Of a DNA stretch of 64,000 nucleotides, positions 32,012 through 40,271 are shown in pieces. The stretch is from NCBI GenBank assembly GCA_963710375.1, contig CAVPZX010000003.1, positions 256,001-320,000 on the forward strand, in the 5' to 3' direction. The first letter of the stretch is position 1. Every line of letters begins with the position of its first letter. A model generated the notes under the pieces. The model saw only the letters and a list, made by a program, of their open reading frames with translations. It was not told the DNA's origin and ran no database searches. A program made the position numbers and the translations under genes. The stretch comes from Nitrospirota bacterium (lineage in GTDB: Bacteria > Nitrospirota > Thermodesulfovibrionia > Thermodesulfovibrionales > Dissulfurispiraceae).

Positions 32012-32620
32012 CTATTGAATTACTATGTTCTTGACAGTCACTGTCCCACTGCTGACTGTTAGTGACCCCATAATTATCGAATCTGAGCTATCGGTCAAAA
32101 AGCTGCTATCATATCCACCTATAAGGGCAACTGATATATCTTTGCCGCAATCGAGAGTTTGCAAATACGGACCAAACTCAATCTGAATGGTATCCCCGCT
32201 CACAGCAGAGTTGTATGCACTTTGAATCGAGGATTGAGTTCCTGAGATTGGCACTTGTATTATATTGTTGGGTGAATTCACGACCACCGTTCCTTTCATG
32301 CCACAACAGCTGCAGTGATACTGGCAATTGTATGGATAGGTCCCGGCCTGGGTAAATGGGTGACTGAAGCTATGCTGCGGCAATAAATCTCCGGAGTTGA
32401 AGATCCCATCCGTTCCGCAACCTGAGCCGCTGGTAACAGTGTGAACTTCGCTGCCATTATTGGTCCAGAGCACCGTATCGCCGACTGTAACGGTGACAGG
32501 TATAAGGGGGAATTGATCATCAATCACAGACACATTTACTATTGCGGCATCGGAAAGGGAAGCGTGCAGAAAACAAAATATGATGCTTGCCAAGATATTT
32601 AGTAATAAAAACTTTCTCAC
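32012..32620 (-). CDS. Secreted cupredoxin (plastocyanin/azurin-like) with extra C-terminal domain
   Basis: Signal peptide; GDTV.WTN....HTVTSG, FSHPF..AGTYPYNCQYH....GMKG.VVV; GTG start with GAGGAGG. Confidence 0.8.
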   Translation of the reverse strand: MRKFLLLNILASIIFCFLHASLSDAAIVNVSVIDDQFPLIPVTVTVGDTVLWTNNGSEVHTVTSGSGCGTDGIFNSGDLLPQHSFSHPFTQAGTYPYNCQYHCSCCGMKGTVVVNSPNNIIQVPISGTQSSIQSAYNSAVSGDTIQIEFGPYLQTLDCGKDISVALIGGYDSSFLTDSSDSIIMGSLTVSSGTVTVKNIVIQ

Positions 32621-32747
32621 TTTAACCCTCCTCGGCATATAGTGCAAAAATAGAATGTGTTTAAAGCATAGCGCATCAATGGATATTGTCAAGCCTCATT
32701 TTTTTAACAGATATGACCGACGTAATATATAATTATCATTGGAGATT

Positions 32748-34049
32748 ATGAGACTAAAAATACTTCTCGTTAATCCATGGATATACGATTTTGCGGCCTT
32801 TAACTTGTGGGCCAGGCCGCTGGGACTCTTCAGGGTTGCCGAATATCTAAGCTCTTTTGATACAGAGCTTTTTCTTATCGATTGCACCGGCTCGTGCACA
32901 GCGGGGCGTTTCGGCACGGGTAAATACAGCGCCGAAACGGTAAATAAGCCGTCACTCCTGGAAGCCGTTCCTAGAACATTCAAGCGGTACGGCATGGGCA
33001 CCGATGAGTTTGTCCGGCAGGTAAAAGCCGCAATGCCTTTTGACGCGGTCATGATGACCTCTGTTATGAGTTACTGGTATCCCGGTGTGCAAAAGGCGAC
33101 GGAGATGATAAGGGAGTTGGCAGGAGATGTGCCTGTAATTCTCGGCGGCATTTATGCGACGCTCTATCATGAGCATGCTGTAAATGCCTCCGGTGCTGAT
33201 TTTATCTTCAGGGGGCCGCTAACTGAAGGTCTCAACTTTGCCCTCTCTACTTTTGGCTTCAAGCTCAAAAAAAAGGGGGACAATATATCCTATTACAACC
33301 TTAATTTTTACGCTGGTTCCCCTTTTGCACCGCTCCTTACCTCGACAGGCTGTCCTTTCAGGTGCGCCTATTGCGCATCTGAACTGCTGTCCGGCGCAAA
33401 GTACTGCAGGCGTTCGCCAGGCGAGGTATTGACTGAGATAGCGGAACTTCACGACAAGGGCGCCAGGGACTATGCCTTTTATGATGATGCCCTGCTTTAT
33501 GATGCCGGCAATCATGCCAAGCCGATACTGAATGGTATTGCCGCTTCCGGGTTGCATGCGCGATTTCATACGCCTAACGGACTCCACGCGCGGTTTGTAG
33601 ATGAAGATATTGCGCTGCTGATGCGGCAGGCCGGGTTTAAAACCGTCAGATTCGGCCTTGAGACAGTTGACCTGCACAGACAGCATGATACCGGGGCCAA
33701 AGTGACGAACACTGACCTGGAAAGGGCGGTGGCACTGTTCAAACAATGTGGTTTTACAAAAAATGAGCTTGGCGTTTACCTGATGTACGGGCTGCCTGGG
33801 CAGGACTTCTCTGAAGTCATAGAGGGTGTCAGCTTCTTGCAGACGCTCGGTGTCAAAATATACCTTGCGGAATTTTCACCTGTCAGAGGTACGCGATCAT
33901 GGAACGAACTGATACAAAATGGCATTATAGACGATACACTGGACCCGCTGCTTACCAATAATACAGTCTTCCCATTTCTCTATTCAGGGTATGATGCCGG
34001 AGCGGTGCAATCGTTAAAGCTTGACGTTAAAGGTTACAATCAGATGTAA
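32748..34049 (+). CDS. Cobalamin-binding-domain radical SAM protein
   Basis: LLVNPWIYDF, GGIYATL, GCPFRCAYC, FYDDALL, HTPNGLH. Confidence 0.88.
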   Translation: MRLKILLVNPWIYDFAAFNLWARPLGLFRVAEYLSSFDTELFLIDCTGSCTAGRFGTGKYSAETVNKPSLLEAVPRTFKRYGMGTDEFVRQVKAAMPFDAVMMTSVMSYWYPGVQKATEMIRELAGDVPVILGGIYATLYHEHAVNASGADFIFRGPLTEGLNFALSTFGFKLKKKGDNISYYNLNFYAGSPFAPLLTSTGCPFRCAYCASELLSGAKYCRRSPGEVLTEIAELHDKGARDYAFYDDALLYDAGNHAKPILNGIAASGLHARFHTPNGLHARFVDEDIALLMRQAGFKTVRFGLETVDLHRQHDTGAKVTNTDLERAVALFKQCGFTKNELGVYLMYGLPGQDFSEVIEGVSFLQTLGVKIYLAEFSPVRGTRSWNELIQNGIIDDTLDPLLTNNTVFPFLYSGYDAGAVQSLKLDVKGYNQM

Positions 34050-34129
34050 TAAAAATCTTGCAGTTATTTTATAATATCAATCCTATGATAGTATTGTAAA
34101 TATCAGCTCAGGAGTTGTAAAAAGGACTA

Positions 34130-34909
34130 ATGGCAAAGATTATCAGGATATTAGGGGCATGGGTGTTGTCGAAGTTAAGGACAATGGGGAGAATGCTCAT
34201 CTTTTTAGCTGAATCGATTTATCTTATTTTTGTGCCTCCTTTTAAATTCCGTTATCTTTTTCGACAGATCAGGTTTTTCGGCACGAAGTCATTGATTGTC
34301 ATAATCCTCACCGGAGCATTTACCGGGATGGTCCTTGCTATTCGACTCTTTTATACGTTAAGGAAATTCGGTTCGGATGCATTGCTTGGACCAGCGGTCG
34401 CGCTCAGCCTGATACGCGAACTTGGACCGGTGATTTCCGCGCTAATGATCACTGGCAGGGCAGGTTCTGCTCTGACAGCGGAGATCGGCATTATGAGAAT
34501 ATCGGAGCAGATAGATGTACTGACGACCATGGCTCTTAACCCGCTCAGATACCTGAGCGTGCCGAATATTGTGGCGGCTGTCATCGTATTTCCCCTGCTT
34601 GCGGCTATATATGATGTGGTCGGTATTTATGGAGGATACCTTGTAGGAGTTAAGCTGCTCGGCTTGAGTTCCGGGACATATTTCTCCCAGATGGAGCATT
34701 TTCTCGAAATGTCGGATATCAGGATGGGTATTTATAAGTCACTGAGTTTCGGAGTCATTGTATCCTGGGTATCCTGTTATAAAGGGTACCATACGGATGA
34801 TACAGGCTACGGAGCAGAGGGCGTGAGCAAGTCAACAACAGATGCTGTTGTTATGTCCTCAGTCCTTATCCTTATATGGGATTATTTCATCGGCTCTGTT
34901 TTGATATGA
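34130..34909 (+). CDS. mlaE: MlaE family lipid-asymmetry ABC permease
   Basis: RELGPV..ALM..GRAGSA.TAEIG.MR..EQID. Confidence 0.95.
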   Translation: MAKIIRILGAWVLSKLRTMGRMLIFLAESIYLIFVPPFKFRYLFRQIRFFGTKSLIVIILTGAFTGMVLAIRLFYTLRKFGSDALLGPAVALSLIRELGPVISALMITGRAGSALTAEIGIMRISEQIDVLTTMALNPLRYLSVPNIVAAVIVFPLLAAIYDVVGIYGGYLVGVKLLGLSSGTYFSQMEHFLEMSDIRMGIYKSLSFGVIVSWVSCYKGYHTDDTGYGAEGVSKSTTDAVVMSSVLILIWDYFIGSVLI

Positions 34910-34922
34910 AGGTAAAAGCGCA

Positions 34923-35663
34923 ATGATCGAAATTATCGACATCGAGAAATCCTTTAACGGGCAAAAAGTGCTGCAAGGAGTAAACTTGACAATAGCCGAC
35001 AGGGAGGTTATGGCTATTATAGGGGAAAGCGGAGGCGGGAAAACAGTGCTTCTGCGGCACATAATAGGGCTGATGAAGCCGGATAAAGGCAGCATACTGG
35101 TAGACGGTGCTGACATTTCAGTGATGAGCAATAAAGATCTCGATAAGGTGAGGGACAAATTCGGCATTGTATTTCAGGGCAGCGCGCTCTTCGATTCCAT
35201 GACCGTATTTGAGAATGTAGTTTTTCCTTTAAGAGAAAAGACCGATTACGATGAAAAAGAGATACTCGACAGGGGCAGACAAGCCCTTGAGGATGTCGGC
35301 CTGAGCGGGATCGAAGACAAATACGCTTCTGAGATAAGCGGCGGCATGAAACGGCGGGTGGCGCTCGCCCGCGCGTTGATTATAGGGCCGACTACTATTT
35401 TTTTTGACGAGCCTACAACAGGCCTTGATCCGATAATTATGAATACCATTCACCGGCTTATTAGTAAGACTCATAAAAAATACGGCTTTACCGGAATAAT
35501 TGTAAGTCATGAGATACCGGAGATCTTTGATGTTGCCGATAAAGTAGCCATGCTCTATGGCGGGCGTATAATAGCTTCTGGCACGCCGCGTGAGATATGC
35601 CGGGTCGATGACCCCTTTGTCAGTCAGTTTGTAGGAACATGTCATTATGAGGATGTCGAATAA
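34923..35663 (+). CDS. mlaF: MlaF family ABC ATPase
   Basis: GESGGGKT, ISGGMKRRVALARA, DEPTTGLDP. Confidence 0.93.
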   Translation: MIEIIDIEKSFNGQKVLQGVNLTIADREVMAIIGESGGGKTVLLRHIIGLMKPDKGSILVDGADISVMSNKDLDKVRDKFGIVFQGSALFDSMTVFENVVFPLREKTDYDEKEILDRGRQALEDVGLSGIEDKYASEISGGMKRRVALARALIIGPTTIFFDEPTTGLDPIIMNTIHRLISKTHKKYGFTGIIVSHEIPEIFDVADKVAMLYGGRIIASGTPREICRVDDPFVSQFVGTCHYEDVE

Positions 35664-35700
35664 ACATAATTTTTATTAATAGAGTTACCGGAGGTCTGAA

Positions 35701-36144
35701 ATGAAAAAGTTTGATGCAGAACTATCAGCTGGGTTTTTCCTGCTGCTCGGCATTATTGCGCTTGCATTTATTTCCATAAGGCTTGGTAACCTCGATCTGA
35801 TCGGCAGGGGCGAATATACGGTATATGCCGAGTTTGAGAAGGCCGGAGGGATAAAGACAGACGCGGCTGTCGAGATTGCAGGGGTTGAGGTGGGAAAGGT
35901 CAAAAGCATACGCCTCGATAAGAATTATGAAGCATTGACCGAACTTATTATCAGCGACAAAGTCAAAATACAGGAAGATGCCATTGCATCAATAAAGACA
36001 AAAGGTCTCATCGGTGAAAAGTATATTTCGATAAGTCCGGGCGGATCGGACAAAGTGCTGGCAAATGGAGGGAGGATAAGGGAAACTGAAGCTCCCATCG
36101 ATATAGAGGATGCTATATCCAAATACATCTACGGTAAAGTTTAA
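35701..36144 (+). CDS. mlaD: MlaD (MCE domain)
   Basis: V.IAGVEVGKV, KTKGLIGEKYISISPGG. Confidence 0.95.
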   Translation: MKKFDAELSAGFFLLLGIIALAFISIRLGNLDLIGRGEYTVYAEFEKAGGIKTDAAVEIAGVEVGKVKSIRLDKNYEALTELIISDKVKIQEDAIASIKTKGLIGEKYISISPGGSDKVLANGGRIRETEAPIDIEDAISKYIYGKV

Positions 36145-36236
36145 AGACCGTGAAAAGTGAATAGTGAAAAGTGAATCGTAAAATAATAGCACCCTGATGT
36201 ACAACATTCAACGCAGTACGATTTTAAGGAGGTTTT

Positions 36237-36863
36237 ATGAAGTTGAAGAGTTTGCTCCATAATGTTTTATCCGGATGTCTGATTGCCTTGTCGCTTGTTG
36301 CTGTTGCCTATGCAGGTGAGCCTACCGCGCTGGTAAAACAGACTACCGATAAGGTCTTAGAAATTTTGAAGAATAAGGAAATGAAGAAGCCTGGAAAAAC
36401 CCAAGAGCGCAGGGCGGCTATACGCAAGACAATAAGCGAGCGCTTTGATTTTGAAGAAATGGCTAAACGTTCTCTGGCCAGGTACTGGAACCAGAGGACT
36501 CCTGATGAAAAGAAAGAGTTTGTTGCATTGTACACCGATCTCCTCGAACGCACATATATCAGGAAGATTGAGACCTATACGGATGAGCAATTCATCTATG
36601 GAGAAGAGACGGACGAAGGAGACTATGCCACTGTCAGGACGAAGATTATTACAAACAAGGGTGCTGACGTGCCTATTGAGTACAGGATGCAAAAGAAGAA
36701 CGGCAGTTGGTCAGTCTATGACGTTGTGATAGAGGGAGTAAGCCTGGTCAACAACTACAGGAACCAGTTCAATCAAATAATGCATTCCGGCTCGTATGAA
36801 ACACTTGTAAAGAAACTGAAAAACAAACAGGTAGAGGGACGGGCTGAAGACAGGGAAAAATAA
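36237..36863 (+). CDS. mlaC: MlaC periplasmic phospholipid-binding protein
   Basis: FDFEEMAKRSL, W.VYDVVIEGVSLVNNYR.QF. Confidence 0.95.
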   Translation: MKLKSLLHNVLSGCLIALSLVAVAYAGEPTALVKQTTDKVLEILKNKEMKKPGKTQERRAAIRKTISERFDFEEMAKRSLARYWNQRTPDEKKEFVALYTDLLERTYIRKIETYTDEQFIYGEETDEGDYATVRTKIITNKGADVPIEYRMQKKNGSWSVYDVVIEGVSLVNNYRNQFNQIMHSGSYETLVKKLKNKQVEGRAEDREK

Positions 36864-36878
36864 CCGGGTCTTCAATGA

Positions 36879-36916
36879 TCGGAAGACGGAAGAACATACA
36901 TTCTTCCGCCTTCCGA
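36879..36916. terminator. Hairpin between convergent mlaC and the 36934 gene
   Basis: tcggaagacggaagaa-cataca-ttcttccgccttccga. Confidence 0.7.
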
Positions 36917-36933
36917 AAAGAGCTGCACGAAGC

Positions 36934-37632
36934 TTATGCTATCAAGTTCAAAGTATTGCTGCCGCTTTGAGCTCCAATACCGAAGAGTGAAGCAATATAG
37001 GAAATAGTGTTGCTGCTCGTAGAGTTTTGGGCTTGATTGTTGTTACTTGAAAGGTCACTTATTACTTTACTTAACGCTGTCGACAAGGTTGAGCTTTGCG
37101 AAGAGGTCCCCTGGTTCTGGGTTGCCGATGTCAACGCACTCTGAAGGGCCTGCAGGTCAGTTTGAAGATTCTGCATGGCACTGGTAGAGCTGCCGTTGGC
37201 TTCCATATGATGGTGATGATGGCGGCGGTGGTTTTGTGTGGCAGAGGTCATGTCAGTCAGGACTTGATTCAACGCCTGTGCCAGGGTTGAGTTTCCCGTT
37301 GTGCTTTGCGAAGAGGTCCCCTGGTTCTGGGCTGCCGATGTCAACGCACTCTGAAGGGCCTGCAGATCAGTTTGAAAATTCTGCATATTGCCGTTTACTG
37401 AGTTCTGGGTCTGATTGTTATTGCTCGCCGACTGACTCTGCGTGGTGCCGGTAATGTCATTTAGTACCTGAGATAACTGTTGTGTCAACGCGCCTTCGGA
37501 CAACGTAACCTGGTCTTGATTGCCTGAACTCAACGCACTCTGCAGGGCATTTAAGTCTGTGCTCAAATTCCTGAAATCTGACCTTACAGAATTCTGAGTC
37601 TGATAAATGTTGCCGACTGATTGTACAGTCAT
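36934..37632 (-). CDS. Low-complexity Q/S/T/N-rich protein with internal repeat and poly-His
   Basis: Repeat MQNxQTDLQALQSALTSAxQNQGTSSQS twice, RRHHHHHM; AAGGAGG RBS; sigma54 promoter upstream. Confidence 0.8.
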   Translation of the reverse strand: MTVQSVGNIYQTQNSVRSDFRNLSTDLNALQSALSSGNQDQVTLSEGALTQQLSQVLNDITGTTQSQSASNNNQTQNSVNGNMQNFQTDLQALQSALTSAAQNQGTSSQSTTGNSTLAQALNQVLTDMTSATQNHRRHHHHHMEANGSSTSAMQNLQTDLQALQSALTSATQNQGTSSQSSTLSTALSKVISDLSSNNNQAQNSTSSNTISYIASLFGIGAQSGSNTLNLIA

Positions 37633-37678
37633 ATTTTAACCTCCTTCCTATGGTAATAGATTAAGCCATAAGGAAAGC

Positions 37679-37694
37679 TGCAAATTGTGTGCCA
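37679..37694 (-). promoter_or_regulatory. Sigma54 (-24/-12) promoter
   Basis: TGGCACACAATTTGCA on the minus strand (GG-N10-GC), about 46 nt upstream of the ATG at 37632. Confidence 0.8.
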
Positions 37695-37709
37695 TAGAAG
37701 GGAAGGCTA

Positions 37710-37898
37710 ACCGCATTATTCATAAATTTATACAAGGAGCAGTCAGGCCACAGTGCTTCACTCATTCCCGCAAGGCATCCAGCCTTGCTCCGAGGCTATG
37801 ACAGCCTGCGTCACCATCCTTGGTGTCGCTTAGTCTGTCAAAGTCCGCTCAGCACCATGTCCCGCCTGCTCCTTGTATAAATTTATGAATAATGCGGT
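37710..37898. mobile_element. MITE-like palindromic element, family A, copy 2
   Basis: 33-bp perfect TIR accgcattattcataaatttatacaaggagcag; CTA direct repeat on the flanks. Confidence 0.88.
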
Positions 37899-37927
37899 CT
37901 AAAATAACAGGTTTACCAACCAGGAAC

Positions 37928-37977
37928 AGGAAATATTTTCCTATTTGCAATCTGGATCAGGAAATTTTCTCCTGATC
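37928..37977. promoter_or_regulatory. Pair of imperfect palindromes (AGGAAA..TTTCCT-like); candidate enhancer-binding-protein sites
   Basis: aggaaatattttcct and gatcaggaaattttctcctgatc, upstream of the sigma54 promoter. Confidence 0.4.
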
Positions 37978-38042
37978 AGCAATGTAGGAATGCTCCTCAG
38001 GAGTCAGGGGACCCCTGAGGAAATTTATTGATTTTCTTAATC

Positions 38043-39125
38043 CTACGGGGCCTTGACCAGGACAAGAATATTCTGATCAGCTGTATTACTTACTGTTGCA
38101 CAGACCACTGTATTTGTGTCAGCACTTATACCGCACTGCATGGCGCTGCCGCCTGATGGGGTCATGGTAAACGAGCCGTTTGCATTAACCGAGTAAGTGC
38201 CTAAACTGGTCGAAGACTGGTTTGCCGCAGTAGCATTGTTTAATGTCCCGACTGACGTGAAGTTACCTTGTCCGTCAAATGTTAGATTGCCGGTTTGCGA
38301 GTTGAAGCCGCCATTTGTATCGCCTTCAACCATATAATACTTGCCTTTGAGGCTTGCGTTTGAGTACCCGCCCGAGCCGGCCTTTACCATTACGGCAACA
38401 TTCTGATAAGTTGTAGCACTTACAGTTGAACAGACAGCGGTGTTTGTGTCTGCACTCAAGCCGCAGTTCATAACACTGCCGGAAGTCCCGGTAAGGGTAA
38501 ACGCACCGTTGGGATTGACCGCGTATGTGCCGGTATCGTTGTCAGTCTGGTTTGCCCCGGTGCCGGTGGAACTGCCCATGGTCCCAGTGAACGTACCGTT
38601 GCCTTTGCCATCAAATGTCATGCTTCCGAACTCCGCGGTGAAGCCTGCGGACTCATCCAAACTTGCCAAATAATATGTGCCGCTAAGGTTTGCGTTTGAT
38701 AACCCGCTCGATGCGGCCTTTACCAAAACGTTGATGCTCTGGTAAGTCTTGTTGCTCACACTCGCGCAGACAGCGGTGTTTGTGTCTGCGCTCAAGCCGC
38801 AGTTTGTCACACCGCCGGAAGTCCCTGTAAGAGTAAACGAACCATTGGCACTGACTGAATAAGTGCCTGAATCACTTTCAGCCTGGTGTGCCCCGGATGA
38901 ACTGCTGTAATTCCCCGTATACGTACCGTTGCCTTTACCATCGTATGTTGAATCACCGAATTCCCCAACAATGCCCCCGGATTGGTCCAGACTGGCCGTA
39001 AAAAAAGTACCGTTCAGGTTTGCATTATTAAATGAAGAGTTTGAGCTTGATGACCCTCCTCCGCAGGCTGTTAATAGCAATAAAGTCAATACCGGGATCA
39101 AAAACACTAAGTTTCTTACCCTCAT
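38043..39125 (-). CDS. Lipoprotein with three ~110-aa beta-rich repeats
   Basis: Lipobox LTAC-GGGSSS; repeats NAxLxG.Y/F...DG.GN...GTYxV..NG.FT..CG.SADTNT.VC. Confidence 0.85.
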   Translation of the reverse strand: MRVRNLVFLIPVLTLLLLTACGGGSSSSNSSFNNANLNGTFFTASLDQSGGIVGEFGDSTYDGKGNGTYTGNYSSSSGAHQAESDSGTYSVSANGSFTLTGTSGGVTNCGLSADTNTAVCASVSNKTYQSINVLVKAASSGLSNANLSGTYYLASLDESAGFTAEFGSMTFDGKGNGTFTGTMGSSTGTGANQTDNDTGTYAVNPNGAFTLTGTSGSVMNCGLSADTNTAVCSTVSATTYQNVAVMVKAGSGGYSNASLKGKYYMVEGDTNGGFNSQTGNLTFDGQGNFTSVGTLNNATAANQSSTSLGTYSVNANGSFTMTPSGGSAMQCGISADTNTVVCATVSNTADQNILVLVKAP

Positions 39126-39208
39126 CACAAACCCCCTATTTTCTTGCCGTGTCCAAGATTCAAAGAATCCTGCATTAAAAACTAACAAATCAAATCCGCG
39201 CAATGGTG

Positions 39209-40186
39209 TCAATCCAAAAACGGACTAAGGAGCAGTCCGCCGGCCGCCTGGTTCGCGTTGAAGCCGCGGTCGAGCTTTAGCGGGGAGCCCTTGCCTAGAT
39301 TGCGCTCGAATATATCACTGTAGTTGCCGACGGCAGAGATTACCCGGCGCTGCCAATTCTTGTCGAGACCCAACTCCGGCGCATAGACAGGCATTGCCCT
39401 GGCGCCTCCGTCATACCACTTTGTTTCCGGCCTTTCTCCGCTTATCAGCGTATGCACTGTCCATGCGACTATCGCGGACCATTGCGCGTCTGCTGTTCCG
39501 GTTGCGGCAATAACAGGGTAGGCGGACAACGTCTCCGGTAGGATGCGGTTTGTCATACCTTTTTTGACCGGTGTGAGCCGTGTCATTGCCAGGGTCGTTG
39601 TCTCATCTGCGACAGCATCGCAATTCTGCACATTGTAACTATCATTCATCTCCCCGTCCTCAGAGAACGGAGCAGGCATAAATTCATTGTGAAGGTTGTC
39701 GAAATAGTTCTTAAGGCTGCGCTCGACAGTGGATGCGATCATAAAGCAGATCTTCTTCCCGGACAGGTCTCCGACATGCTGCGCAGGCGAAGTGGACGGC
39801 ACCATCACAGAATGGGATTCTAAAAAGACTGTAGGGCCCGGCGTGATCTTGCCTGCAACTTCCAGAGCGTTTATCTCAAGTCCGGTGAGAAAATAGACGT
39901 CATCCTGTTGGTTCCGAATTGCCTCGACCTGCTTCAGAGTTTCGAAGTCGCCGTATTCGATCTTTTCGGGCGACCCCAGCACTGCCGCGGCAATAGCCCG
40001 GCAAACATCGACATTGAGTCCTGCCCAGCGGCCATTTCCGTCCTTGCCGGCAAGACCCGGACGTTCAAGGCTGCTGCAACGTACCACGCCCCGCGCCTTC
40101 ACCCGTTCGACTATCGAGCCTGCCCTTGCATTCTGGACCGGGAAGCAGACCGCGAACAAAACCAGTAAGGTTAATAAAATTTGCAT
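39209..40186 (-). CDS. Orphan amino-acid ABC substrate-binding protein (AapJ/BztA-like)
   Basis: VKARG.VRC, G.W.G..VD.CRAIAAAVLG, VGNY.DIFERNLG.GSPL.LDRG.N; no permease or ATPase adjacent. Confidence 0.8.
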   Translation of the reverse strand: MQILLTLLVLFAVCFPVQNARAGSIVERVKARGVVRCSSLERPGLAGKDGNGRWAGLNVDVCRAIAAAVLGSPEKIEYGDFETLKQVEAIRNQQDDVYFLTGLEINALEVAGKITPGPTVFLESHSVMVPSTSPAQHVGDLSGKKICFMIASTVERSLKNYFDNLHNEFMPAPFSEDGEMNDSYNVQNCDAVADETTTLAMTRLTPVKKGMTNRILPETLSAYPVIAATGTADAQWSAIVAWTVHTLISGERPETKWYDGGARAMPVYAPELGLDKNWQRRVISAVGNYSDIFERNLGKGSPLKLDRGFNANQAAGGLLLSPFLD

Positions 40187-40271
40187 ATGTCCTCCCCAAT
40201 AATATAAACAGTCGGAATGCGGGGAACAGGTCTTGATCTGACCCCCGCATTCCATTCCTGTTTCTTCCTAA

